DNA of 24,000 nucleotides from Dehalococcoidia bacterium (GTDB lineage Bacteria > Chloroflexota > Dehalococcoidia > JACVQG01 > JAZFUS01), in the NCBI GenBank assembly GCA_036447315.1, contig JAZFUS010000126.1, forward strand, positions 1,950 to 25,949, written 5' to 3'. The position numbers were made by a program, and so were the translations under genes. The notes under the pieces were generated by a model. That model ran no database searches and was not told the origin of the DNA. It was given only the letters and a program-made list of their open reading frames with translations. The first letter of the stretch is position 1; each line of letters opens with the position of its first letter. Positions 6,638 through 14,497 of this stretch are shown here, one piece after another.

Positions 6638-8827
6638 TTAACTCCTGAAGGGATAATTGGGATCCAAGTCTTCGGTACCGGAGGGGCGTTGGGGGGGGCG
6701 GGGGCGGTTCTGAGGGGCGGGGTCCCTTTGCCCGGAGCCGCCTGCCGGGGACGCCTCCTCGAGGACAGCCCGCCGGGACAGGTTCACCCGGCCCATGCGG
6801 TCGATCTCCACGACTTTGACCATGATTTCATCGCCGATATTGCAAACATCGGCTACATTGGGCACCCGATAGTCGGCCAGCTCGCTGATATGGACCATCC
6901 CTTCCTTACCGGGGAGGATTTCCACCATGACCGCAAAGTTAAGCAGGCGGGTGACCTTCCCCGTGTAAACAGCCCCCACTTCCACCTCTTTGGTCAGGTC
7001 CCCGATGGCCTTCATGGCGCTCTCGGCGGCGTCTCCACTGGTAGCGCCAATGGTTACCGTGCCGTCGTTCTGAACGTCGATGGTCACCTTGTGTTGCTCC
7101 ACCAGCGCCCTGATGATACGGCCCCCGGGGCCGATAACGGCGCCGATTTTCTCGGGTCTGATAGTCATTTTGTACATCCGGGGAGCATAAGAGCTGACCT
7201 CCGGACGGCTGGTGTCTATAGCTGACTTCATCTTCTCCAGGATAAACAGGCGCGCCTCCCTGGCCTGGGAAAGGGCTTTGCTCAGGATTTCCCAGTCTAT
7301 GCCATGGAGCTTGATGTCCATCTGAAGGGCGGTGACCCCCTGGTCGGTACCCGCGACCTTGAAATCCATATCCCCGTAGGCGTCTTCATTCCCGGCGATG
7401 TCGGTGATGATGGCCTGTTTGCCGTCGCCGGTCATCAGGCCCATGGCGATACCGGCCACCGGGGACTTGATGGGCACCCCGGCATCCATCATGGACATGG
7501 TCGAGGCACAGGCACTGGCCATGGAGGTGCTGCCGTAAGAGCTGAGGACCTCGGAGACCAGGCGGATGGTATAGGGGAAATCCTCCGCGTCCGGGATCAC
7601 GGGGGCCAGGGCCCGCTCTACCAGGGCGCCGTGTCCTATCTCCCGGCGTCCCGGTGTGCCTACACGTTTCACCTCCCCCGAAGAGAACGGGGGGAAATTG
7701 TAGTGGTGCATGAACCTCTTGTTCCCCTCGGGGCTGATACCGTCCATGCGCTGCTCATCCCCGGTCGTGCCCAGGGTGGTGACGTTGAGCACCTGGGTAG
7801 GGCCCCGGGCGAAGAGGCCGGAACCGTGGGTGCGCGGGAGCAGACCTACCTCGCAGGAAATGGGACGGATTTCATCGTAGGCCCGCCCATCCAGGCGATG
7901 GCCCTTCTCCAGAATATGGGACCTGACCGCCGATTTGACCCGGGCCTCGAAAACGGACAGGGCCTGGTCCCGGTTATAGGTCTCCCCCAGGCTCTCCAAG
8001 AGCTCCGCCCGCAGGACACCGAGGCCCTTATCCCGTTCCGACCTATCCGTCTTGTCCATCTCCCGTTCCATACGCCCATCCAGGAAGGAGAGTACCGCGC
8101 TCTCCAGACCGGGCTCGAGCTCCGGGGACTTAAAATCTATTTTGGGCTTGCCGACCCTTTCCCTCATCTCCTCCTGGATCCGGATAATCCCTTCATTGAC
8201 CTCCTGGCCAAACCTGATGGCCTCCAGCAGGCGCTCCTCGGAGACTACCTGGGCCCCGGCCTCCACCATGACCACCGCCCCCTTGAGGCTCACCACCGTC
8301 ATTTCCAGGAGGCTGTTCGCCATCTCGCTAAAGGTGGGGTTGGCCACCAGCTGGCCATCGATGTCGCCCACCACCACGGCGCCTATGGGGCCGGCAAAGG
8401 GTATGTCCGATATGGTCAGGGCGGCCGAGGTGCCCACTATGGCCAGCACGTCGGGCTTATTTTCCCGGTCGGCGGAGAGGGTGGTAATGATCGTTTGCAG
8501 CTCGGCGCGAAACCCCTTCGGGAACAGGGGCCGGATGGAGCGGTCGGTGAGACGGCACACCAGGGTAGCATCCTGTGTGGGACGGCCCTCCCGCCTTATG
8601 AATCCGCCGGGGATCTTGCCCGCGGCATAGAGCCTCTCCTCGAAGTCCACGGTCAGGGGCAGGAAGCTCCTGTCCCCCGTGTCCCGGGCATCACCCATAC
8701 AGGCGGTAGCCAGCACCACCGTATCACCGTACTGAACGGTAACCGCACCATTCGCCTGCCCGGCTAATTTACCGGTTTCAATGGTGAGCTTTTTTGCCCC
8801 CACCTGGCATTCGAACACCTCAGACAT
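6638..8827 (-). CDS. pnp: Polyribonucleotide nucleotidyltransferase (PNPase) with a Pro/Arg-rich C-terminal tail
   Basis: 729 aa. Two RNase PH-like halves, a KH block ([15 protein letters not shown]) and an S1 block ([34 protein letters not shown]). It sits directly downstream of rpsO, as is classical. Confidence 0.95.
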   Translation of the reverse strand: MSEVFECQVGAKKLTIETGKLAGQANGAVTVQYGDTVVLATACMGDARDTGDRSFLPLTVDFEERLYAAGKIPGGFIRREGRPTQDATLVCRLTDRSIRPLFPKGFRAELQTIITTLSADRENKPDVLAIVGTSAALTISDIPFAGPIGAVVVGDIDGQLVANPTFSEMANSLLEMTVVSLKGAVVMVEAGAQVVSEERLLEAIRFGQEVNEGIIRIQEEMRERVGKPKIDFKSPELEPGLESAVLSFLDGRMEREMDKTDRSERDKGLGVLRAELLESLGETYNRDQALSVFEARVKSAVRSHILEKGHRLDGRAYDEIRPISCEVGLLPRTHGSGLFARGPTQVLNVTTLGTTGDEQRMDGISPEGNKRFMHHYNFPPFSSGEVKRVGTPGRREIGHGALVERALAPVIPDAEDFPYTIRLVSEVLSSYGSTSMASACASTMSMMDAGVPIKSPVAGIAMGLMTGDGKQAIITDIAGNEDAYGDMDFKVAGTDQGVTALQMDIKLHGIDWEILSKALSQAREARLFILEKMKSAIDTSRPEVSSYAPRMYKMTIRPEKIGAVIGPGGRIIRALVEQHKVTIDVQNDGTVTIGATSGDAAESAMKAIGDLTKEVEVGAVYTGKVTRLLNFAVMVEILPGKEGMVHISELADYRVPNVADVCNIGDEIMVKVVEIDRMGRVNLSRRAVLEEASPAGGSGQRDPAPQNRPRPPQRPSGTEDLDPNYPFRS

Positions 8828-8867
8828 GGAAAACCAAACCTCCCTTTGCTAAAAGGACCCCGCGGGC

Positions 8868-9131
8868 CTATCTTCTCAAACCGAGCCTGGTTATGAGAAC
8901 CTGGTAGCGGTCTCTATCCTCATGGAGAAGATGCGTAAGCTGCCTTCTCCGCTGGCTCACCATCATCAACAGACCCCGTCGACTGTGGTTATCGTGACGG
9001 TGTATCCTGAGGTGGCCGGTGAGCTCGTTTATCCTCTCGGTCAGCAGCGCCACCTGGACCTCGGAGGAACCGGTGTCACCCTCGTGGCGCGCGTACCCCT
9101 TTATTATTCCCTCTTTTTTCTCTTTATCCAA
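8868..9131 (-). CDS. rpsO: 30S ribosomal protein S15
   Basis: Contains [42 protein letters not shown]...RLGLRR. I prefer TTG at 9131 (87 aa, AAGGAG 10 nt upstream) over the track's TTG at 9158. The predicted TSS near 9169 would leave 9158 only about a 10-nt leader with no SD. Confidence 0.88.
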   Translation of the reverse strand: MDKEKKEGIIKGYARHEGDTGSSEVQVALLTERINELTGHLRIHRHDNHSRRGLLMMVSQRRRQLTHLLHEDRDRYQVLITRLGLRR

Positions 9132-9175
9132 AACCGGTACACTCCTTGCCAGTTTCAACCATATTTCGGCACCAA

Positions 9176-9204
9176 ATTATAGCACAACGGGTTACCTATG
9201 TAAA
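9176..9204 (-). promoter_or_regulatory. Strong sigma70-type promoter for rpsO-pnp (TTTACA-N17-TGcTATAAT, extended -10)
   Basis: Minus strand has TTTACA at 9204-9199, a 17-nt spacer, and TATAAT at 9181-9176 preceded by TGC. Confidence 0.7.
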
Positions 9205-9208
9205 CCGG

Positions 9209-9292
9209 GACACCGGTGCCGGTGCCAGTGTCGGTGCCAGTGTCGGTGCCAGTGTCGGTGCCAGTGTCGGTGCCAGTGTCGGTGCCAGTGTC
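9209..9292. repeat. Intergenic tandem array: six perfect copies of GGTGCCAGTGTC (9221-9292), preceded by a degenerate unit GACACCGGTGCC (9209-9220)
   Basis: Read directly from the sequence. Units fall at 9221-9232, 9233-9244, 9245-9256, 9257-9268, 9269-9280 and 9281-9292, with no mismatches. Confidence 0.97.
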
Positions 9293-9310
9293 GTTGAAGG
9301 ATATAGAGGC

Positions 9311-9328
9311 AAAATCCGAAGGGCCCGG
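9311..9328 (-). terminator. Weak intrinsic-terminator candidate after the Fe-S oxidoreductase gene
   Basis: Minus strand reads CCGGGCCCTTCGG (short stem with G-U pairs) followed by ATTTTG, a few nt after the TAG at 9334-9336. The stem is weak. Confidence 0.3.
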
Positions 9329-9333
9329 TCTGT

Positions 9334-11334
9334 CTACTGGCCCGCTGCCTCCACCAATTCAGTCAGGTCCCTGGCCTTCAGGGTTGACTCGGCGCCCAGG
9401 GCCCCGATTCCCTCCTCGAACATCTGGAGGCAAAAAGGACAGGCGGTAGCCACGATACCGGCACCACTCTCCAGGGCCTCCCGGGTGCGCAGCTGGTTTA
9501 TCCTGGTGCCCGCGGACTCCTCCATCCACATGTGTCCGCCCCCCGCCCCACAGCAGAAGGCCCCCCGCCGCCGCCTCTCCATCTCCACCAGCCGAAGCCC
9601 GGAAATGCCCTGGAGGGCCTGACGGGGAGGGTCGAAGATATCGTTATGCCGGCCAAGATAGCAGGAGTCATGGTAGGTCACCACCTGGTCCGGACCCCCG
9701 GTCAGCTTCAGGCGGCCCTGGTCCAGGAGCTCGGCGATCAGCTGGCTGTGGTGGATGATATCGAAATTGCCGCCAAACTGCGGGTATTCGTTCTTTATGG
9801 TGTTGAAACAATGGGGGCAGGCGGTTACGATTTTCTTGACCCCATAGTTTTGGAATAGCTCGATGTTGCGCTGGACCTGGGTCTGAAAGAGGTATTCGTT
9901 CCCCAGGCGCCGGGCAGGGTCGCCGCAGCAGGTCTCCTCCGTCCCCAGGATCCCGAAGCTGATGCCCGCCTTCCCCAGGAGCCTGGCCAGGGACGCCGCC
10001 ACCTTCATATTCCGCTCCTCCAGGGCGCCGGTGCAGCCCACCCAGAATAGATAGTCCACCTGGGCGTCCTGGGCCATGAGCTTGACCTCGAGCCCTTCGG
10101 TCCAGTCGGTGCGGGTAGAGGTGGTACCCCGCCAGGGGTGGCCCCGGGTCTCGATACTTCGCAGCGCCCCCTCGGCGGCCTCCGGGATCTTGGCCTGTTC
10201 CAAAACAAGAAACCGCCTCATGTCCTGAAGCTTCTGTATGTGCTCGATAAGGACCGGGCACTCCTCCTGGCAGGCCCGGCAGGTGGTGCAGTCCCAGATG
10301 GCCTCCTCAGCCACCACAGCGCCCACAAGGTCGGGGCGCTGGGGCTCGGAGCCGGTTAGCAGCGCCGGACCCACCTCCAGGAGGTGTTCCTTGATATCGT
10401 GGATCACCTCCTTGGGGTTGAGGGCTTTCTGGCTGATCCAGGCCGGGCAGCTGGCCTGGCACCGGCCGCACTGGGTACAGGCATACCCGTCCAGGAGCTG
10501 CTTCCAGGTGAAAGCCTCCACTTTTCCTACCCCAAAGCTTTCGGCGGTCTCCAACTCTATGGGGACCAGGGCCCCCTTGGGCCCGCGGGAGCGAAAGAAT
10601 ATGTTAAAAGGGGCTGCCGGCAGGTGCAGGTGCTTGGAGCGGGGGATGTAGACCAGGAAGCCCAGGATAAACAGGTAGTGCAGCCACCAGACCACCCAGT
10701 ACAGTGTCACCTGGGCACCCGGAGAAAAACCGGAGACCATTCCGGCCACGGTGCGCCCCACCGGGGTATAGGAGGCCATGGGGTCTCCGATGATGTTGAA
10801 ACCGAAACCCTCTATGAGATAATGGGCCACCATGAGGAAGGAGATCACGGCCAGAATGATACCCGCCTCGGCGCTGGGCTCCAGCCTGGGGGGACGGACA
10901 ATGTACCGCCTGGCGGCCGCCCAGATGAGGGCCGCCAGGATAAAGAGCCCGGCTATATCGACAACCAGGGCGAGAGCGAGGAAAAGGGGGTTGTCTCTCA
11001 GTGCGTGGGAGAGGCCCAGGCCCTCCCCCACAAAGATAAAGACTAAATAGTTCAGGGAAAAAAGTACAAAACCCCAGAATATGAAGAAATGGCCCAGTCC
11101 CGCCCGGTCCCGCAGGGAGACCCTTCTCAGGCTGCACACCTGAAGGAAAACATAGGCCATCATGCCGCCAAGTCGGGTTCCCACCCGGTCCAGGCGGTCA
11201 TCCCCCTGTCCCAGGCGCAGAAACCGAACTAACCTGTAGGCTCGCTGGGAGAAGAGGACGAGGGCCAGGATGAAAAGAAGCCAGAAAACAACGTACCCGG
11301 GGACGAACATGTAGCTTTGTGCGCTGAGGGTCAT
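9334..11334 (-). CDS. Membrane-anchored Fe-S oxidoreductase: an N-terminal NarI/DsrM-like multi-TM domain fused to an HdrD/DsrK/GlpC-like domain
   Basis: 666 aa. The first ~250 aa contain at least 5 hydrophobic helices (VVFWLLFILALVLF, HFFIFWGFVLFSLNYLVFIFV, LFLALALVVDIAGLFILAALIWAAA, GIILAVISFLMVAHYLIEGF, LYWVVWWLHYLFILGFLVYIP). These are followed by two ferredoxin motifs (CTQCGRCQASCP, CTTCRACQEECP) and two CCG-type Cys-rich regions (ETCCGDP, AFCCGAGGG). Confidence 0.8.
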   Translation of the reverse strand: MTLSAQSYMFVPGYVVFWLLFILALVLFSQRAYRLVRFLRLGQGDDRLDRVGTRLGGMMAYVFLQVCSLRRVSLRDRAGLGHFFIFWGFVLFSLNYLVFIFVGEGLGLSHALRDNPLFLALALVVDIAGLFILAALIWAAARRYIVRPPRLEPSAEAGIILAVISFLMVAHYLIEGFGFNIIGDPMASYTPVGRTVAGMVSGFSPGAQVTLYWVVWWLHYLFILGFLVYIPRSKHLHLPAAPFNIFFRSRGPKGALVPIELETAESFGVGKVEAFTWKQLLDGYACTQCGRCQASCPAWISQKALNPKEVIHDIKEHLLEVGPALLTGSEPQRPDLVGAVVAEEAIWDCTTCRACQEECPVLIEHIQKLQDMRRFLVLEQAKIPEAAEGALRSIETRGHPWRGTTSTRTDWTEGLEVKLMAQDAQVDYLFWVGCTGALEERNMKVAASLARLLGKAGISFGILGTEETCCGDPARRLGNEYLFQTQVQRNIELFQNYGVKKIVTACPHCFNTIKNEYPQFGGNFDIIHHSQLIAELLDQGRLKLTGGPDQVVTYHDSCYLGRHNDIFDPPRQALQGISGLRLVEMERRRRGAFCCGAGGGHMWMEESAGTRINQLRTREALESGAGIVATACPFCLQMFEEGIGALGAESTLKARDLTELVEAAGQ

Positions 11335-11346
11335 GATTTCCCCCCA

Positions 11347-11375
11347 AGTCTATCACATCGCCCGGGCATTGCCAA
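11347..11375 (-). promoter_or_regulatory. Candidate promoter for the Fe-S oxidoreductase gene (TTGGCA-N17-TGaTAGACT)
   Basis: Minus strand has TTGGCA at 11375-11370, a 17-nt spacer, and TAGACT at 11352-11347 preceded by TGA. Caveat: the predicted TSS near 11340 leaves only about a 6-nt leader before ATG 11334. Confidence 0.35.
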
Positions 11376-11427
11376 GAATATCGGGCAGAGGTGAACGGTA
11401 GCAGGGACGCCATCGGACCGGCCCCTC

Positions 11428-11943
11428 TCAGCGAACGCGGGTAACGGCCATGAAGACGCCCAGGCCCAGGGCGATGAGTCCGAACAGGTCGAACAGGGTG
11501 AAGCTGTAGATAAGCCCCGATACCACTGAGCCGTAGGCGAAGCTATTCCTGGCCACAAGGCTCAAAAACATGGCAAGTCCGGCGATTATCTGAAGCCCCC
11601 GGCCTCGTTTGCGGTTCACCGAGCGGCTTATCACTTCCCCGATGGCATAGCCGATCCCGGCAGCCAGGGCGATGTTGAAGATGGAGAAAAAGAAGAATAT
11701 TCTTAAAATACTCCACGCAAAACCCGTGACCGCGGCCATCCCCAGGCCGACCCCGATAGCCCGGAGGTAATAGGCCGGCGAAACGGTGTAAATGGGTGAG
11801 CGACGCAATTGCGCGCATTCCCGACATCGGGCCCCCACCGGGGTCTGGACCATGCATCGGGGACAGATGGGCTTACCGCATTTACTGCAGCGGAGGCTGG
11901 TTTCCACCTCCGGATGGGTGGCACAGCGCGTCTGAGTGCTCAA
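11428..11943 (-). CDS. Hypothetical membrane protein with an N-terminal B-box-like zinc finger
   Basis: 171 aa. The N-terminus reads C-x2-H-x9-C-x2-C-x4-C-x2-C-x9-C-x2-C (CATHPEVETSLRCSKCGKPICPRCMVQTPVGARCRECA). About 4 hydrophobic helices follow. The TTG start at 11943 overlaps the plsY TGA (TTGA). No in-frame ATG lies upstream of the zinc finger. Confidence 0.6.
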   Translation of the reverse strand: MSTQTRCATHPEVETSLRCSKCGKPICPRCMVQTPVGARCRECAQLRRSPIYTVSPAYYLRAIGVGLGMAAVTGFAWSILRIFFFFSIFNIALAAGIGYAIGEVISRSVNRKRGRGLQIIAGLAMFLSLVARNSFAYGSVVSGLIYSFTLFDLFGLIALGLGVFMAVTRVR

Positions 11944-12620
11944 TGCCCGGCCCCATCATCGTGGGCCGGGGGCCGGCGGTCGATCCAGGCCCTTCTGTCT
12001 CTGATATCCCGGTCGAAAAGCAAGCGGTAGACCGGCACCCATTTATCCCGGCTTGAAGCGGCGGGGGACCGGTTGCCCAGGAACCTCTTGAGTATAACCA
12101 GAAAAAGGATACCCAGGCAGCCCCAGGTGACGGCCGGGGGCTCACCCAGGGCGAGGCTGGCCAGGGCCAGGGCCACCACCCCCAGGAGCACCGCCAGGGG
12201 AAAACTCCGGAAAGCAAGAAACCCCGCCGAGATCACGATTCCCGCCACCAGCAGCTCCACGGGGGCGATAACCAGGGCCACACCCCCGGCGGTGACCAGT
12301 CCCCGGCCCCCCTGGAAGCGAAGAAACAGGGACCAGTTATGGCCCGCGATGCTGGCCAGGCCCGCCGCCACCTGCCACGGAAGGTCCAGCCCCAGGCGTT
12401 TGGCCAGGAGAACGGGGAGGACCCCCTTGGCTATGTCGATAAGGAACACAGGGATGCTGGCCCGGTGAGACACCGTATGCCAGACGTTGGTGCCGCTGAC
12501 GCTACCGCTGCCATAGCCGCGGATGTCTATCCCCCGGAGGAGCCGGGCCACGATGTAGGCGCCGGGCACGGAGCCCACCAGGTAAGCCGCTCCGGTAAAC
12601 AGGCCGGCCCCTAACGGCAA
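11940..12620 (-). CDS. plsY: Glycerol-3-phosphate acyltransferase PlsY
   Basis: Contains AAYLVGSVPGAYIVARLL.GIDIRGYGSGSVSGTNV and GHNWSLFLRFQGGRGL. TTG start at 12620 with GGAG 7 nt upstream. Has a C-terminal extension. Confidence 0.85.
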   Translation of the reverse strand: MPLGAGLFTGAAYLVGSVPGAYIVARLLRGIDIRGYGSGSVSGTNVWHTVSHRASIPVFLIDIAKGVLPVLLAKRLGLDLPWQVAAGLASIAGHNWSLFLRFQGGRGLVTAGGVALVIAPVELLVAGIVISAGFLAFRSFPLAVLLGVVALALASLALGEPPAVTWGCLGILFLVILKRFLGNRSPAASSRDKWVPVYRLLFDRDIRDRRAWIDRRPPAHDDGAGH

Positions 12621-12738
12621 GGCCTCACTCCGTTCCCCCGGGTCCCCCGGGCGGGATGCAGCCGGTGGAGGCGCTCATCGTCCGGCCACTGAAGCGCCGC
12701 GAGCTGCTCTTGCTCCACGATGGAAAAGCACATCACGA

Positions 12739-13605
12739 TCATTGAGACGGGGGGGGAGGGGGAGAAGGGGAGAGGTCGCGGGTCCGGCTCTCACCCAGGG
12801 CCAGGAGGCGCTCCACCCCTCCCCCGGAGATATGGACACCACCCAAGGGCGTCTCATCGCTGTCCAGCCCGTGGAAGTCGCTGCCTCCGGTGACAAAGAG
12901 CCCGTGCTTTTGGGCCAGGAGCTCCAGGCGACGGACGACGTCCGCTGAATAGCTGCCGTAATGGCCCTCCAAACCCACCAGGCCGGCGGAGACCATATCG
13001 GGAAGCAGGGAATCCAGGGCCTCGATATCGGCGGGATGGGCCAACACCGCCACCCCTCCCGCATCCGTCACCAGTTTCACGGCCTCCCGGGGGCTGAGCT
13101 TATCCCTCTGCACATAGGCGGGACCCTCCCGCCCGATATATTTGTTAAAGGCCTCCTTGAAGGAGGACACATATCCCCTCTCCAGGATGGCCTGGGCCAC
13201 GTGGGGGCGGCCCACGGAGCCATCGCCGGCCAGCTCACGGACGCGGTCCCATTCGATACTGAGACCCAGCTCCCCGAGCCTGGCTACCATCTTCCGCGCC
13301 CGGGTCTTTCTGCCATCCCGCAGCCGGACCAGGGTGCTCTCCAGCGCCGGGCTGGAATAGTCCAAAAAGTAGCCCAGCACATGCACCTCGCCCCGGGGGA
13401 CATCGGTATTGATCTCAACGCCCGGGATGACCGTGAGTTGCGGGAAGTCCTCGGCCGCCTCCAGGGCCGAGGTTATGCCCGATACCGAGTCGTGGTCGGT
13501 GACGGCGATAACCTCCATCCCCTTGGCGGCAGCCATCTCCACCAGTTCCCGGGGGCTGAGGAGGCCATCGGAGGCAGTGGTGTGGAGATGGAGGTCAGCC
13601 CTCAT
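12739..13605 (-). CDS. PHP-domain phosphoesterase of the TrpH/YciV (RNase AM-like) family
   Basis: Contains MRADLHLHTTASDG....AVTDHD...G...E and a C-terminal GGSDFHG. I place the start at ATG 13605 (GGAGAG 5 nt upstream, 288 aa), which overlaps the ymdB end by 11 nt. The track start at 13653 adds 16 non-conserved residues. Confidence 0.8.
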   Translation of the reverse strand: MRADLHLHTTASDGLLSPRELVEMAAAKGMEVIAVTDHDSVSGITSALEAAEDFPQLTVIPGVEINTDVPRGEVHVLGYFLDYSSPALESTLVRLRDGRKTRARKMVARLGELGLSIEWDRVRELAGDGSVGRPHVAQAILERGYVSSFKEAFNKYIGREGPAYVQRDKLSPREAVKLVTDAGGVAVLAHPADIEALDSLLPDMVSAGLVGLEGHYGSYSADVVRRLELLAQKHGLFVTGGSDFHGLDSDETPLGGVHISGGGVERLLALGESRTRDLSPSPPPPPSQ

Positions 13606-14380
13606 CGGGCTCTCCGTCCACCTCCCGGGAGAGACGCGTGATGCTGCGGGCACGGCCGGTCACCTCATCCACGTCCAGGAGAATGGCATTGAAAATGACT
13701 CTTCCCGTCCCCACCGATAGCCTGAAGGGCATGGCGGTAAGGAACCGCTTCAGGACCTCCTCGGGGTCATCACCGATGACCGAATCCAGAGGCCCGGTCA
13801 TGCCCACATCGGTGGTATAGGCCGTTCCCCGGGGAAGGAGACGGCTATCGGCAGTGGCGATATGGGTGTGGGTGCCGATCACGGCGCTCACCCGGCCATC
13901 CAGGTACCATCCCATGGCCCCCTTTTCTGAGGTGGCCTCGGCATGAAAGTCCACTACGACCACGGGGGGCGTGTTTCCCCGGCTCTCCAGCAGGTGGTCC
14001 ATGGCCCTGAAGGGGCAATCGAAGTTCCCCATGAAAGTCCGCCCCGTGAGATTGACCACCAGGACCTGGTCCGTGGCCAGGTAGCCACGCCCCGGAACCC
14101 CGGGTGGGTAGTTCAGGGGACGCAACAGGGGCAGGTCGGTATCCAGGTGGGGGATGATCTCCTTCTTGTCCCAGACATGGTTGCCCGAGGTGAGCACATC
14201 TACCCCGGCCTTAAGAAGCTCCTGGGCGGTATCGAGGGTGACGCCCAAACCGCCGGCGGCGTTCTCGGCGTTGGCAATGACCAGGTCCAGCTGATATTCG
14301 CTTCGCAGCCCCGGCAGAAGGTTCTTAAGAGCCCTGCGACCGGGCCTGCCCAGCACATCGCCGATCATCAGTATATTCAA
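13595..14380 (-). CDS. ymdB: YmdB-family metallophosphoesterase (2',3'-cyclic-nucleotide phosphodiesterase)
   Basis: MNILMIGDVLGRPGR...NAENAAGG.G...SGNHVWDKKE...DFHAEATSEK.A.GWYLDGR.SAV.GTHTH..TAD...LP.GTAY.TDVGMTGP aligns along its whole length with my recollection of B. subtilis YmdB. TTG start at 14380 with GGAG 8 nt upstream. It sits downstream of rny, as in Bacillus. Confidence 0.9.
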   Translation of the reverse strand: MNILMIGDVLGRPGRRALKNLLPGLRSEYQLDLVIANAENAAGGLGVTLDTAQELLKAGVDVLTSGNHVWDKKEIIPHLDTDLPLLRPLNYPPGVPGRGYLATDQVLVVNLTGRTFMGNFDCPFRAMDHLLESRGNTPPVVVVDFHAEATSEKGAMGWYLDGRVSAVIGTHTHIATADSRLLPRGTAYTTDVGMTGPLDSVIGDDPEEVLKRFLTAMPFRLSVGTGRVIFNAILLDVDEVTGRARSITRLSREVDGEPDEG

Positions 14381-14461
14381 GGGGAAATCTCCGTCATAAG
14401 CTCAGAAAAAGCCCTGTCTGTATCCAGAACAAGTTTTTCCTGCCGCGCCGCTCCGGGGAAA

Positions 14462-14487
14462 CCAGGGACCCCTGAAGGGGACACTGG
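14462..14487 (-). other. GC-rich hairpin 10 nt after the rny stop (processing or attenuation candidate)
   Basis: Minus strand CCAGTGTCCCCTTCAGGGGTCCCTGG forms 9 of 11 possible pairs around a TTCA loop. Only TTT follows it, so it is not a canonical terminator. Confidence 0.3.
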
Positions 14488-14497
14488 CCAGGGTCGG

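Noticed and set aside
9209-9292. CRISPR-like reading of the repeat array.
   Set aside because: The units are directly abutting with no spacers. The unit is only 12 bp and no cas genes are present.
9209-9292. Sigma54 reading: on the minus strand each unit contains TGGCAC, the -24 box consensus, in the rpsO direction.
   Set aside because: The 12-bp period puts the next GG/GC one nucleotide out of the strict GG-N10-GC spacing. The -12 position reads TGGCA rather than TTGCA. A good sigma70 promoter already sits immediately downstream.
9334-9336. Pyrrolysine decoding of the TAG that separates the Fe-S oxidoreductase from the in-frame repeat tail.
   Set aside because: TAG terminates 14 of 24 genes here at positions that give normal family lengths. 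That is the opposite of what a Pyl-decoding organism would show. No pyl genes are in view.
9019-9622. Plus-strand ORFs running through the tandem array (9019-9297 with CRCQ repeats, 9146-9622 with GASV repeats, 9216-9449 with PVSV repeats).
   Set aside because: They exist only because a 12-bp period keeps every frame open. They overlap rpsO or the Fe-S oxidoreductase gene in antisense and have no SD.
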